The notes under the pieces are model-generated. The model saw only the letters and a program-made list of their open reading frames with translations, ran no database searches and was not told where the DNA came from. Below, one piece after another: positions 1-13,286 of a stretch of 64,000 nucleotides of DNA. How positions within the stretch are numbered: position 1 is the stretch's first letter; each line of letters opens with the position of its first letter. The position numbers were made by a program, and so were the translations under genes. Source of the DNA: Azolla caroliniana (lineage: Eukaryota; Plantae; Polypodiophyta); assembly GCA_043228905.1 (NCBI GenBank), contig JBHGNT010000003.1, forward strand, positions 25,978,001 through 26,042,000, given 5' to 3'.

Positions 1-138
1 GGCTGTAACAATATAAATTGACCTCTTATAAGGTAGCTGAAACAATATTTTGGCCTCTTATACGGTAGCTGAAACAAGTGGAATCAGAAACAATAAATGT
101 TGAGCCGGGTAAAAACTGAAAAGAAATGGAAGCATTAC

Positions 139-266
139 CAGAATGTCAGATGAGGAAGGTTTTCCCTTGGATGCCATTTCTACCATGTGGTTCCTAATCT
201 CTTGTTTTGATGAAACTACAGATTTCTGGAGCCGCCCTCTCTGTTTATAGGATTTACCAAATTCCT
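139..266 (-). CDS. SAP30/AFR-like gene, internal coding exon (gene continues beyond left edge; next acceptor tacag probably at ~3-7)
   Basis: Acceptor ttaacag, donor CTG|gtaatg. Open phase-1 frame (E)EFGKSYKQRGRLQKSVV...SSDIL joins the phase-1 donor at 990. Confidence 0.7.
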
Positions 267-357
267 CTGTTAAGAAAAAGCTAACTCAGGGAGAAACAAA
301 GGCAAAGATAGAGATATGCAAAATTACCAGTCAATCAATCCTAAGGTGAAAATGTCA

Positions 358-521
358 TACCTCTTAGTATTTATTAAAATCATTCAATTGAATTCGTACC
401 TCTTAGAATGAATCCAAAACATCCTTGAAATGAATATCTTTTAATACAAATCAGAATGACCCATATATTAACAGAGTACAACAAAGAGAATGGACCCATC
501 TATCTATCTATAGTTTCCTTT

Positions 522-564
<43 letters not shown>

Positions 565-890
565 GAAAGGAAACTATGTGTTCAGTAGCAAACTATCACC
601 CAATTAGTCCTAAATGTTGTAAATCAAGTTGAACCTATGTGTCAATAGAATACAAATAAGAATTCATGTCTGTTAATATGCAATGAAATTGAACGTATAC
701 CTCTTAGTATGAGTCAAGATGAACCTCTATGCTACCGAATACAAAGAAAATATACGATCAGATCTGATCAGAGTTGAATTTCAAACCTTCTAGTATGAAT
801 CCAATTTGTGCTAAGTTGAATTCATACTTCATAAGTATAGAATCAAGATGATTTCAGGTTGGAATGTGTACCTCTAACTATGAATCAAGG
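358..890. repeat. Dispersed degenerate intronic motif TACCTCTTAGTATGAAT (about 5 copies)
   Basis: Copies visible near 358, 397, 697, 785 and 868. Confidence 0.5.
510..577. repeat. (TA)n microsatellite flanked by an inverted repeat (near-perfect palindrome)
   Basis: ATAGTTTCCTTTCC-(TA)n-GGGAAAGGAAACTAT. Confidence 0.9.
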
Positions 891-990
891 CAATCCTAAG
901 TTGCTAAGAACAAAAAATGAAGACATGCATTAACACCATACAAAGAAGACATAAAGACTAGGTCTGTACATATATGTAAAAGAAACGAAC

Positions 991-1114
991 CAATATGTGT
1001 TCTATAGGGGACTAGATCTTCAGAATCCTCGTCATCTTCTTCTAGTCCTGTAGGATGCTCAAGCACACTTAATGCGTTACGCTGAAGCTTCACTTCAAGC
1101 CCATTCGTAAGAAC
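991..1114 (-). CDS. SAP30/AFR-like gene, coding exon
   Basis: Acceptor aaacag|GTT. Encodes VLTNGLEVKLQRNALSVLEHPTG, the conserved plant SAP30-related (AFR1/AFR2) block. Donor G|gttcgt. Confidence 0.85.
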
Positions 1115-1578
1115 CTGTTTGATTGGAAGACAAATACATATGCATATACATGTAAGGATTTTCTTTCAGATGACGATGTGGCAAGATTATACCAATTATG
1201 AGAAAACCGTAATGCGAAATCTTGGTGCAGATGTCAGTTTGATAATGCTTTATGCATAGATAGATAATTTTATAATAACGGAAAACGTGGAAAAACGCTT
1301 TAAAGACATATATGGAAATACGGGCAATGTTCATCGATTAGTAAAGTTGTTGTAGTTCAATTACGACAGGATATCTATAAACCCTAAAGAAAAGAGGGAT
1401 GAAATGGAAGAAAGAATTGCCTTGGGAAAACATCTGAGATGGAATTGGCGACATAATGTGAAGAAAAGAAGAAGCTCGCAAATGTGGAATGTGGAAAGAA
1501 GGAAGACGAATCTGATGACGAAGACGAAAAGGATGAAGAGTTAACTTGGTAATTTAACACAGGAGAAGCACAACTCAC

Positions 1579-1851
1579 CAGCCAATGCCAACCTCCGAGG
1601 CCAACCGCTTTCTTCACGATGCCCTGGAGTCCAACAAGAACAGATTTGGTTCTATTATTACCCGTCACAATCACTTTCGTATGACGAGGCAATACAGCCA
1701 GTTCTTCCTCCTCCTCCTCTTCCTCCTCTTCTCCCCGTCTTTCTTCCTCTTCCCTGGCCACTCTGCAAGGAAAAGACTCTACCTGCCTCCCCGCTACATC
1801 TAATTCCATCTGCATTTCTTCAGATTCTTCAAAATTATTCCCACTCAATCC
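1579..1851 (-). CDS. Histone deacetylase complex subunit SAP30/AFR-like, main N-terminal coding exon
   Basis: EEELAVLPRHTKVIVTGNNRTKSVLVGLQGIVKKAVGLGGWHWL matches the plant AFR/SAP30L signature. Acceptor ttgcag at 1852-1854, donor CTG|gtgagt at 1578. Confidence 0.9.
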
Positions 1852-2921
1852 CTGCAATGCACCACAAAATAGAATGACCCGGATAAATTGGGAGAATCAC
1901 CGTTGCATAAAACCTATTCAGGAATTGATGAATCCACAATTTATAGGCCACATTGCATAAATTAGATAAATTCGTTTCAATATCATAATCCCAGGCCAGG
2001 CTTCTAAAGGCTTTACATTTTTAGCCTACGATTCTCCTCTTCCTCCTAATGACATTTCTGACACAATTTAATCTATCATATAGGCTACATTGTAGAATGC
2101 AGTGTGTTTTCTGACTGAGTATACTTACTGAGCAACCTTTTCCTATTTTCACATCTCATTTTCTGACTGTATTGGACCTACATTAGACTAGCTGCATTTC
2201 CTCCTAAATTAGCAACGTTCCTGATAGAGTTGAATTTCGGTAGTTGCTGAAACGTTTCGGAATGAAAATGATTGTATCGAACTACATCCTAGCGTTTCTT
2301 CTCTTCTTAATCCGTTTCCTACATGCATCGAAAATTGAGCTCTTGGTGTTTCGTACAGAATTGAAGCCATATACTAATCTTAGAAAGCCTAAAAGCTTCT
2401 AATCGTAACAATCATTCATTTAATCCAATAAGTTTACAGTACATGAGCAGAATAGGGAAGACAAAGCCTGATGCACACTACCTTAACAGTGGAGTGAGAG
2501 GATTCAAATCTAATGATGTGTGAAATCTAGAGATAGAAAAGACAAAGAGTAACGCACAGAGGCAAACTGAATTTATGTTAGATCTAAAATGAATTGTCTA
2601 GAATTATTATCTAATATTGTGTTCAGCTAGGATCAAATTGTGATATACAATACGTGAATTCATTTTGATTATCCGAAGAAGAATTAGCTTGACTTAAAAA
2701 ATTCAATGTCTTTTAGCTTCAGCGGATATCCATTAACAGCTTAAAAAATATGAGTCCGAGCTTGGAAATTCAAGTGACAAAGTAAGATTAAATCAAAAAA
2801 GGAGAATGATTGCATTCTTAAATTGAGCTGGGAAGATTGCTTACAAGATATGAGAATCTCAATGTTATCGAAGTAAAGAGAAGGTAAAGTAGAGGAAGAG
2901 GAAGAATTATCTTCACCTTAC

Positions 2922-2938
2922 CATGAACAATCTCAAAA
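2922..2938 (-). other. Candidate 17-nt microexon ending in the SAP30-like start ATG
   Basis: gttagcag|TTTTGAGATTGTTCATG|gtaagg. The ATG is in frame with exon 1851 (MGLSGNNFEE...). Confidence 0.45.
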
Positions 2939-3027
2939 CTGCTAACATGAGAGTTAAGTGATGAAATAAGGGAAAAAAAGTAGATAAAGAAATATCGCTA
3001 AAAGAATAAGCAGCAGTTTACGCTTAC

Positions 3028-3098
3028 CTTGATCTGAGGAGAAGAAAAATTCTACTCTGTAGATTCATGGATCGGATCCAACAGGAAGGGGAATCCAT
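3028..3098 (-). promoter_or_regulatory. 5' leader exon with upstream ORF start (MDSPSCWIRSMNLQSRIFLLLRS...)
   Basis: aacATGg context at 3098, strong donor AAG|gtaagc at 3027, CT-rich leader upstream (~3250-3390). Confidence 0.45.
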
Positions 3099-3620
3099 GT
3101 TGGAACAAATTATTTGGCAAATGGAAGTGAGTAAAAAAAATTTAAGGTGTGAATAAATTATATTAGAGGTATCAAAATTGGAGAGAAATGGTGATTAATT
3201 ATATCAGAATATAGCAGGCACTATTTTGCATTGTCAGGTAGGAAACTCTAGAAATGGATCAATTAGAGCAGAAGCAGATTCAGAGGATGAATGAATGAAT
3301 TGAATGAAGAATCAGAGAATGACAATGGTAATGGTAAGGATGAGAAAAAAAGGAGGCGCGGAGAGAAGAAGAAGGAAGAATGGCTATGGAGAAAACCCTA
3401 ATTATTTTTCACCCAATCTTTTTGGTGTTATTTCTTTCATGTTTTTCCATTTTTACTTTTTAAATCGAATTGTTTTCTTCTGTCTTCGCTCGGTTTCCTT
3501 TCTGTTTGTGTTTCATTTGCTCTTCGCTTTATTTATTTCTGACGAAAAATACAGAAGTACAATAAATTTTCACCGTAGTTTTAGGGTTTTAAACTTCCCC
3601 GCCCCCAAAAAATCACAAAA

Positions 3621-3926
<306 letters not shown>

Positions 3927-4043
3927 TGTGGCCTTTTATGGCATAAAGGTAGACTTATGTCTGTGCAAAGGGTGTGAGCAGACTGACTGTGTGTGTGTAG
4001 CTTCCCGAAATGCCCTCCTTCGAGCAGATGCTCGTTGTTTTGC

Positions 4044-4075
<32 letters not shown>

Positions 4076-4341
4076 TTGAACTTTCCCAAAATACGTACTA
4101 TCCCCCTTTGTGTTGTTATCTCCCCAAAATGCTCCCGCACCTAAAGTTTTGTTTTAAATACTTTGCCACCATGAGCATGCCCCTCGAGAAAAGAAGACCC
4201 CTCATGTTTCGTAATCATGGGCCTCCGAGTGGGAGGAAGGAGGGAGGACATTGCATCCCTTTGTCATTCTCGGTTCAATGAGTGGTAGTTTTGATACATA
4301 CTATGGAAATTTCTCTGGCTATACATACATAAGTGCATACA

Positions 4342-4378
<37 letters not shown>

Positions 4379-6464
4379 ATTTCCGCTCATTTTGATATAT
4401 TGGGGGAGGATGGAGGGGTTGTATTTTCAAAACTTTTCATCGTTTGTAGTGAAACCGTAATTAGTCGTAACTATATAAAAGACTGAAATTTACTCAAATA
4501 TGCTTGATTGTTTTCAAATTTACATGTATAACTAAATTACAAAATGTAGGATATCAATATATAATAAAGAATAAGCATAAGCAATGTTTAATCGGCATAA
4601 TAATAATCACAATTTATTGAGAGTCTACTAGAGACCACGAAATTTCAATTTAAGCTTTATCCTCTTTTTAATAAGACAAAATCAGATGCAAAGCTATCAA
4701 ATTAACCTTCTAATATCTCAGCAATTAAGGAATACCAGCTTTGCAATCATAAAATAGCTAGTAATTCAACTTTGCTAACTCAATCTCAATTAACTCTAAT
4801 GCGCTAATGCTCATAGCTCCACATTCCTAGTTCATAGTGGAGGATGGATTCCTTGAGAGGTCATCCATCCCAATGTCACCTTTATGCTTTGTGCTTAACA
4901 ATGACATCCCCAAATACATCTAGGAATCATCTCTATGCATATTCACCCACTCCTCCCCCCCACCCCCCATCCAAAGCAAAAAAATTGATTGAGTTATTTT
5001 TAATCCCCCGAGACCATAACTTGTTAGGAACCTAAGCATTGACAATTTGGTAGTTATTGTATCGAGAGTGTCCTATGCATGGTTTAGAAGATGAATAAGG
5101 CTTGACTATAGGTGTAGCCACAAGGTGTAGGCACATCAATTATCAGTTGCCCATTCGATCTCACTCTCATACAGATTGTTTTTTTATTTGGAGGGAAGGG
5201 GGCGTCCAAATAGGTAATAGAATCCAATGTTATCTCTATACTTGTGCATTTTTATCAAGAGGCTTTGGTCTAACCAATATGATCCGCAAATCTAGTATGT
5301 TAGGGACATGTACTCTTCTTCTATTTTAGGGATCTATGGTATAGGCACCTTACAACAAGCCTACTTCTAAGAGTAGTCCTACTTTATATAGTTTATAATT
5401 GTAATTTGTGATATCCCATTCAATCCTAATGTTTCTAGAACTAGTCAAAGCGATTTGCCTACTTAGCGTACTAGTTGATGAGGAACAAAGTGTCCTCTTA
5501 TGTCTTAGAATGACCTCTTTGACGTAGAATGCATTCCATTTTGCCCAAGCATTGTTTTTTTATCACATTGGATTTATCGATGATAGGATTGATGTGGGAC
5601 TACCAAAAGGCTTCAATGATTAATTCATTTATATTTATTACATGATATCCATTAAAAAATGACATTACTTCCAAAAAACACATATTTGGAATGGAAAAGT
5701 TTCACAAATGAAGTTTGCCTACATTTATTGTGGATAGTGTCAATGGAGTGCTATTGTGCACGAACCTCATGCAAGCAAAGATACCTTAATAATAAATATG
5801 GCCATTCATTCGAGACTTTATCCATCATTTGGTGTTTGGAAGACTATAATAACAAATAAGCTTTCCTCTCCTATGCAAAACATTTTGCATGAAGTGAATG
5901 CATAACAACAATAACTTTAAGCTACCATTTTGTTTGCAGTACATCTTCTTGTCAATATTTATATGTTGACAAAGCTCCTTTACCTGCATTATGTATGCAT
6001 CTACCAAGTTCAAGGTCTTAAAATTTTGTTAATAATCATATGATATATCATTGTTAGTGTTTGTTTTAACGTCAAGTAAAGTATCTTTTTACATTCCATA
6101 ATACATAAGAGTTCTTTTCATCTAAAGAAAGATGAAAAAAACCATAGTCAATGGAAATCACCATAGATCCTTGATCAAATCCATTCTAGACCCTTGACAA
6201 AAGCCATCAAAAAGATCAAAATTTGCATCAACCACACCATATTTATCAATCAAGTTGTTTATTGCCCAACCCATCAAAAGAATCAAAGAGTTTTGTTGCT
6301 CAAAAGAATCGATTGTTTAATGTAACTTGTCCTTAATGAAGCCATTGCCATCGTTATACTTATCTAAATGGTGGGAACTTCAATTAAATTACATTGACAT
6401 GACATGATCTTATTTGACTTTTCAATGCTTTTCATCGAGGCGCATAATGCTAAAAGGGTACCCA

Positions 6465-8579
6465 ATGGAATGGCTGTTAAATATTTGGGTTTTTTGGTGG
6501 GCGTTGAGACACCTAAAAAACAGCAACTTGAGCAAGTGAAAGACAAAATCAGAAAAAAGCTTCAGGTATGGGCATCAGTAAAGCTTTCTCTTGCAGGTAG
6601 GGTGGTCGTGGTAAACCACATTTTGTTAGCCACCATGTGGCACTCGGTGGCATGTTGGGTGTTAGACAAAACTTGCATCAAAAATATTAAGGCAATGGTG
6701 AGAGGGTTCCTATGGTCAGGTAGAGACCATGAGAGGGCATCAGCTAAAGTGGCGTGGAGTTGTTTGATCAAGGCGAAAAACCAAGGTGGACTTGGGTTGG
6801 TGGATCCAATTCACCAAAGTAAGGCTTTACTCGGTAAGCTACTTGTGCGAAGTTTACAACCTGGACCTGAACTATGGAAGATGCTTCTTAGGGACATAGC
6901 TAACCTTTGGTGTCCAAGGAATGGTGGCCCTTGGAAGGCAAAGATGTGGTGGTTGTTCAGTCCAGATCTAAAGGTGAAAGAACCAACTAACATGGAGGAC
7001 AGGGTGGCCCGTGCCATAATGATGGCTTGGTCAAGTGTAAGAGAAGGGTTGTTCTTAATGCAACCGAAAACATTGGAGGAACAACTCCGACACCTGTTAT
7101 TTTGGAACCCTAGGATAAGATGCGAGGACAGCATGATGCTTGGACAGAAAAAATATTTGCCATGGGGCCGCATGTTAGGGTACAATGTTAGTTCAGTAAG
7201 AGAGTGGGATGTTTTCGAAATGAAGAGGAGTGAGGGTCAGTTTGGTAGCATTTCTTGTAGGCTTGAGAAGGTGACCCAACTGATAAATAAGGTTGTTGAT
7301 GGTCTAGATCGGTTGAATAAGGAAGAGGGGGTTTGGTCTGGGTGGTTTGTAGGTGAGAGTGATGGACAAATTATCTGTGGCAAGTGTCCATCTAATGAAT
7401 ATCGCTTGTGGGGAAACCTAAGTGCTTTGTCCAACAATGGTCGGTGGTTGGCAATGCAGGTGGCAATGTTGGAAGGTAAGAAGTGACAAGTAAACCCGGA
7501 CCCAGGGAAGCTAGATACTGATTGTAAACTATGGCTATTTGACAACAAGCCTCTACATGATTTGGAGTGGGATCCACTAGAGGTATGGTGGCAAAAACCG
7601 GGAACGAACAAATTGGAGGGGTTTTTTTATTATAGTACTAAGCTCGGAAGGCAAATCATTGGCTCCAAATCAGTGGGTGTTGTTTAGACTCGCAATAGTT
7701 GGAGGGATAAAGGCATATCAGATGACTTGTTGAAGTCGTTTTGGAGGAGACTATGGGCATCAGATATGCTAGAAAAAATAAAGGTGTGGTTTTGGCTTCT
7801 TAGTCATAAGGCGTTACCCGTAGGGGAGTGGATGAGGTCTCGTGGTGGGGAGGCTGGTTGTACATTATGTGGTCACTCTTTGGAATCGATACCTCATTGT
7901 TTTTGGAACTGTGCCCAGGCAATCAACATTTGGGGTCGAAGTCTCAGGATAGTGGCAACATGCGGTGTAAATGGGAGAGTTGTGTGGGGGTCCTTACAGG
8001 GTTTGAAACTAACTAAGGAAGGCTGGGCGGAACATCTAAATCCACATGGTCATGGTTCTATAGTGCAGGGCGGTAGTGTATTCAAATGTGTTGGAGTGGA
8101 ACCTGGTACAAACTCTGATTTTTTTGAGGAGATATGGATGTTGGTGGCATGCTTCTCGGTCTGGCACATTTGGACCAGACGATGTTTGGTTGTTTTTTAG
8201 CAACGAAAACTCCCAAGCGGTGAGGTGTTGCTAAACATTTGGTTCGAGCGACAATACAACTCGATTGAAGGGAACTTAGATGTAGCAGAAAGGGCTTGGT
8301 CGAAGTTTTTGCTGAAATGGGGTCGTTCTCCTATGATGGTAAATTCAGTGTCAGGGCCTAAATGGAACTACCAAGCACCGAGATGGCTGTTTCCGCCATT
8401 GACTTCCATGAATGGACAGGAGTTGTAAATATGTGGTCACCATGTACAAAGTGTTAGCGGGATACTTTTGTTGTAAATAGTAGGGTGGGGATTATGTTGT
8501 TTTGATTATGTCTGATCTTTGATGTACTTCTTTTGCTAACTAATGGGAAGTAGTGTTTTTTTTGGAAAATAAAAATAAA
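6465..8579 (+). mobile_element. 5'-truncated L1-type LINE (3' part of ORF2 with zf-RVT), degenerate
   Basis: KYLG...LSLAGRVVVVNHIL...KVAWSCL...GGLGL RT C-terminal motifs; CTLCGHSLESIPHCFWNC zinc finger; (AAAAT)n tail; 19-bp TSD AATGCTAAAAGGGTACCCA at 6446-6464 and 8580-8598. Confidence 0.93.
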
Positions 8580-9752
8580 AATGCTAAAAGGGTACCCATG
8601 AATCCCAAAGTATCAAGAAAGTAAGCATTCAATAAAATGAAGACAACATTGTCGTCTTGATGATCCAAAAAATTGCAAAACTTTTTTCTATATGGTCAGT
8701 GGGTCACTAGATTCTACTTAGTGGTGCATTGTGTGCTCTTAAATTTTACTCCGAAGGATGATAACACATGTGAATTAGTATTGATATTTGATGCTATCAA
8801 TTATACACGATTGCATTGAACAAGGGGTATTAGGTGCTAAAGACCAACATATTTTTGAAGTTTGGTAATTGAAAATCGTGTTTTGAGGTTTCATGTTGCA
8901 TTCGTTTGGTAATTGAAAATCATTTGATGTATTTCAATGTTGTGCTTATGAGCAACTTGCCCTAAAAAAAAGAGTTACGAAAATTCACTTTCTTGGGGGG
9001 GAATGATAATAGCATTGTAGAATCATAGTTATTGTTGCAAAGGAAAACTTTTAGGGGGACTTGAAGATAGTAGCAGATTATGTGTAAATTCAATGCTTTC
9101 ACATTGTGATGTTTATGACCAATGTTTTCTTCATTCTCAATGTCTATGTACAAGAATTTGATCCTTATGTGATTCATGTTCATTTGCTAGGTTCCCTTCC
9201 GCCTATTCAAATTTACCAAATTGAAATACTCTAATGTATTAGATTATGCTTCCGACATCAAGGAAATTTAGTATGTGGCATAATTAACTTATTCTTTTGA
9301 TATCTCTTTCGCTTTAGTTTTTAAAACTTCTCTTCTAAGCCAATTACCACATTTATATCTTGCTCAAAATCAATCGATTGTTTAGTTTACGATATTCAAT
9401 AGCTTGCTCTAATCAAATTACTTACCATAATATTTTGCTACCCGAAATGAGGCTAATTGTTTTAATCATCTAAAGATTGCATGGTAAATTTGTGACTATC
9501 CACCTGATACACCCATCAAAATAACATAGCCAAAATATTTGTCGATATATCTAAATATTTTGCACTTTTATATGTTTCTCTACATAAAACTATATTTTTG
9601 GAAAATTCTCATGAGGTTCTCGATCAAGTCCTATTTTGATTGGTTGAAAACGGCTGATTTTTTGTGGCCATTGAGGTCTCCTATTAAATATAAATTTATC
9701 TATACATGAGATTTTTATTCTCATGGCAACAAGGATAAGATGAACCCTACAT

Positions 9753-9800
<48 letters not shown>

Positions 9801-11248
9801 GATTTTAACACGACAAAAATATTTAAATGAACATAATAAAACATGTAAGTATATACATAAACACACACACACATTTATATTTATTTATTTATTTATATAT
9901 AAACACAAAATAAGATCTTATGACAAGCATATGATGACCCTAAAATACACACATAGAAAGAGGATATTTTGTATACAAGGTGACGTGGGATGCCAACGAC
10001 CAAGGTGAGTTATGATCTTCCATAGACTCACCATGCCAAAACTCAAGGACTTACCCTTCTTTATACTCTAATTTCCGCCCCTTTTCTTCCTAATCATGTC
10101 ATCAATGTAAACGGGCTTTCCTTGCTTATGTATTCTAATCCTTAATCTTTTCTCAATTTACATTGTAACTTTTTGGATTTTAGAACTCCTAATCACTTCA
10201 TGTGTGTGTGTGTGGATTTGTTGATATCTCCTCATTCAATATCATATACAATCTTGTTTGTTTTAGGGAAGAATTGTTGAAGGAAGGGAAATGATTTTTC
10301 TCCCCAATTTCTTGCAAGTTGGTTCCATTGACAACAAAGAAAAAGTGCGCGGTTAGGTTCTCCTAAAAAAGAACACTCTTGTGTCCTTGTGGAACCTACA
10401 TATTCTCTCTTTTTGTGTAGACTGAGCATAGGGTTCACACAACATCAACACTTGAGTTTCCCCAAATCCTCTTGCCCATAATACTAACTCTACCTAGTTA
10501 ATAATAAAGGATAGGGGGCACTTTATGGTCCCCCAATACCCCTATTAAGGGAAACAATGTTATACTTCTTTAGTTGTCACAAACCCTATAAGGCTTTAGT
10601 TCTTAACTATTGATCATAAGCCAGATGTAGTCATGAAACATGGTTAATTGTAATTTGTGGGAACCACCCTTTATTATTTAGGAACAATCAATGGCCAATG
10701 GGCTTGTAATGTGAAAAAGACCCTTTAGGAATTCCAACTTATATAAAAGGGAGAAAGATCTAATGTAAGAGAGACCTTTGGAAGCCCTAACTTTGTGTTG
10801 CCTTTTGGTCCTCATTCTCTCCCCTTTACATCCACTAAGAGTTTATTTCCTCCATGTATGTTTCCAACCTAATCAATCAAGATATACATGTTTCTTATTT
10901 AGTAATTATCTATTTAATTAAGATACCTATTCTTTTCATATATAGTGATTATCTATGGAATTAAGACTAACATATTTCTTAATTGGTGTAATAATTTATA
11001 TTAACTTAAGAAGCCTTTAGGGCTTTTGCAATTGCATGGAGTGGAGATTAAGTGCTTTTATGTGTTGATGTGTGACATAGTTTTTGCTATTGAGAGTGAC
11101 TTCCCCCAATCCCTTGGTTACCCACCAAGAGGAAGGCAACCCCTTGGGACTCAATAGCAACCCTTGAAAGTTGGAAGTGCAACACTCCAAGTTATGAATC
11201 ATGTTAATCCCTTCACCAAAATGTGATTCAACCGTTGAGTATTAACAA

Positions 11249-11561
11249 GGGAAAAGTACCAGGATACCCCCGAAAGTTCGTCTATTTACCAGAATGCCCC
11301 TGGAAGTTCCAAATTTACCAAACTACCCCTATGTCCAAAAAATTACACTTAATAAAGTAATTATACACTCAAATATTTGGTAAATAGGGCTAGTTCAGGT
11401 CCATTTCTTCCATCTTTGGTAAATAAGGCTTGTAGATTTTAGTGTATAATTACTTTATAAAGTGTAATTTTTTGGACATAGGGGTAGTTTGGTAAATTTG
11501 GAACTTTCAGGGGCATTATGGTAAATAGACGAACTTCCAGGGGTATCCTGGTACTTTTCCC
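11249..11561. mobile_element. Mutator-like MITE (313 bp)
   Basis: About 120-bp terminal inverted repeats GGGAAAAGTACCAGGATACCCC.../...GGGGTATCCTGGTACTTTTCCC; 9-bp TSD TATTAACAA / TATTAATAA. Confidence 0.92.
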
Positions 11562-12232
11562 TATTAATAAATTATAATGGTACTTACTTACCTTATTTTG
11601 TAACATATACATCCCCTTCCTTTCCCCTTTGAAACTACAAAAACTATAGAGCATATAGACTCCCAAACCACACATAAGCATGAATATACACACTCTTATA
11701 CGCTTGCAAATCTTTCCACTAACACACAAACACATCTTTTGCCAACTTCGATGAGTCTTTAGCACTTGATGATCGCTAATTTCGGCAATTTCACGCAACT
11801 CATAGAAGTCCCTCTACTCATCAATTTAAAAGTTAGATGAATTGTAAATTTAAAACTACTTAGGCAAGTCCTACAATTCATCATTTAAGAATTTAGACGA
11901 GCCTTCAAAACTTGGACGAGTTGGACTCCCCTAAGTCAAAGGATTGCACATCTTTGGACTAGTTTGTACTTGTTGACATAATGTGGGCTTGACAGATTAT
12001 GACATATATACTTTGTGTTGGTCGCAAATCTCAATGGACTTTGTGACGGATTTTTGGAACGAGGCAAAATCGCTAGTGGAATTTGATGTGAGCTCGGGTT
12101 CCGACAAGCGCATGCATATAAATATGCACACACATGAATATTTACATACACGCTCACAAATAATTTAAGAAAGTAAAATTCAAGCTCTAAAAAAGGAAAG
12201 CAAGTGTAGACATCGGCATCCTCAGCCACAAC

Positions 12233-13286
12233 CATAGTACGTAAAATTCGTGTTCGTCTGCCATATCATTCGTTTTCATACGTTGGAAAACGAACACGAA
12301 TGATATGCAAATATTCGTGTGTTTTTTTTTTTTCATTTTTTTCATTTTTTTTTTCATTTTTTTTCATTTTTTTTTCAATTTTTTTCAATTTTTCCCTCTT
12401 TTCTCCCTTTTCCTCTGCACTAACGTTACGCTCTCTTCTCCTCTACAACCTAGCCTCAAACGATTTGCGATTCTGCAGAGTGCATTCAACCTTCAGGTAT
12501 ATTTAGTGTAGAAATATGGTTTTAATTTCAGTGATGAAATTTCTGTGCTGAAAAATCAGAAATTTCTGTGCTAAAAAATCAGAAATTTCATCACAGAAAT
12601 TTCTGTGATGAAATTTCATCAACGAAATTTTGATTGAAATTTCTGAAATTTCTGTGATGATTGAAGTACATTTTCATTAATACATACTAAAAGGAGAAAT
12701 AGATTGAGTTCAAATCATGTGCAAAAATTGGTTTTTTTGCACACAAATCTTCGTATTCTTAAGAGGATTAAAGAAAGAGGTTTCAATCCTATTGAGGTTA
12801 CTATTGACATGATAGAGAAAGAAAATGATGAAGAACGATTATTGGTGTTGCAAAGTGAACAAGAAGCACAAGAAGTTGATGAAAATGAGAGCCTCACCAA
12901 TGTGATGTCTTATCTTGATGATAATGCACAAGATGAGGATGATGATTTTGAGGATGATGATTTTGAAGATAATGATATCACCTTGAATGAAGATTAGGAA
13001 TGCTCGTTTTGATGTAACACCTCATTGAGGATTTTTTTGGAGACTAGGCATTTTGGGTAGTTGTTATTAGAATTTACGAAAAAAAGCATATTGTTATTAA
13101 GAAGGTAATATGTTTTTTTTTTTGCAATTTTTTAAATTTTTTTTCCGTGAAAAAATGTTTACCTTATAGTAAACCATTTATCCAAAAGTATGGTATTTAT
13201 CATTCTTCGAGAGTGTTTATCATTCTCGAATGATTGAATCATTCTCGAACACGAATGCACGAATGGTATGCATGGTTCATACTATG
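12233..13286 (+). mobile_element. Non-autonomous hAT deletion derivative retaining the transposase C-terminus
   Basis: TIR CATAGTACG / CATACTATG; 8-bp TSD GCCACAAC at 12225-12232 and 13287-13294; RRNRLSSNHVQKLVFLHTNLR (hAT dimerisation-domain end) plus acidic tail at ~12690-12997; subterminal TTCG/CGAA repeats. Confidence 0.88.

Noticed and set aside
9981-10447. Possible solo LTR (TGACGT...ACATCA)
   Set aside because: No matching TSD and no second copy in the window.
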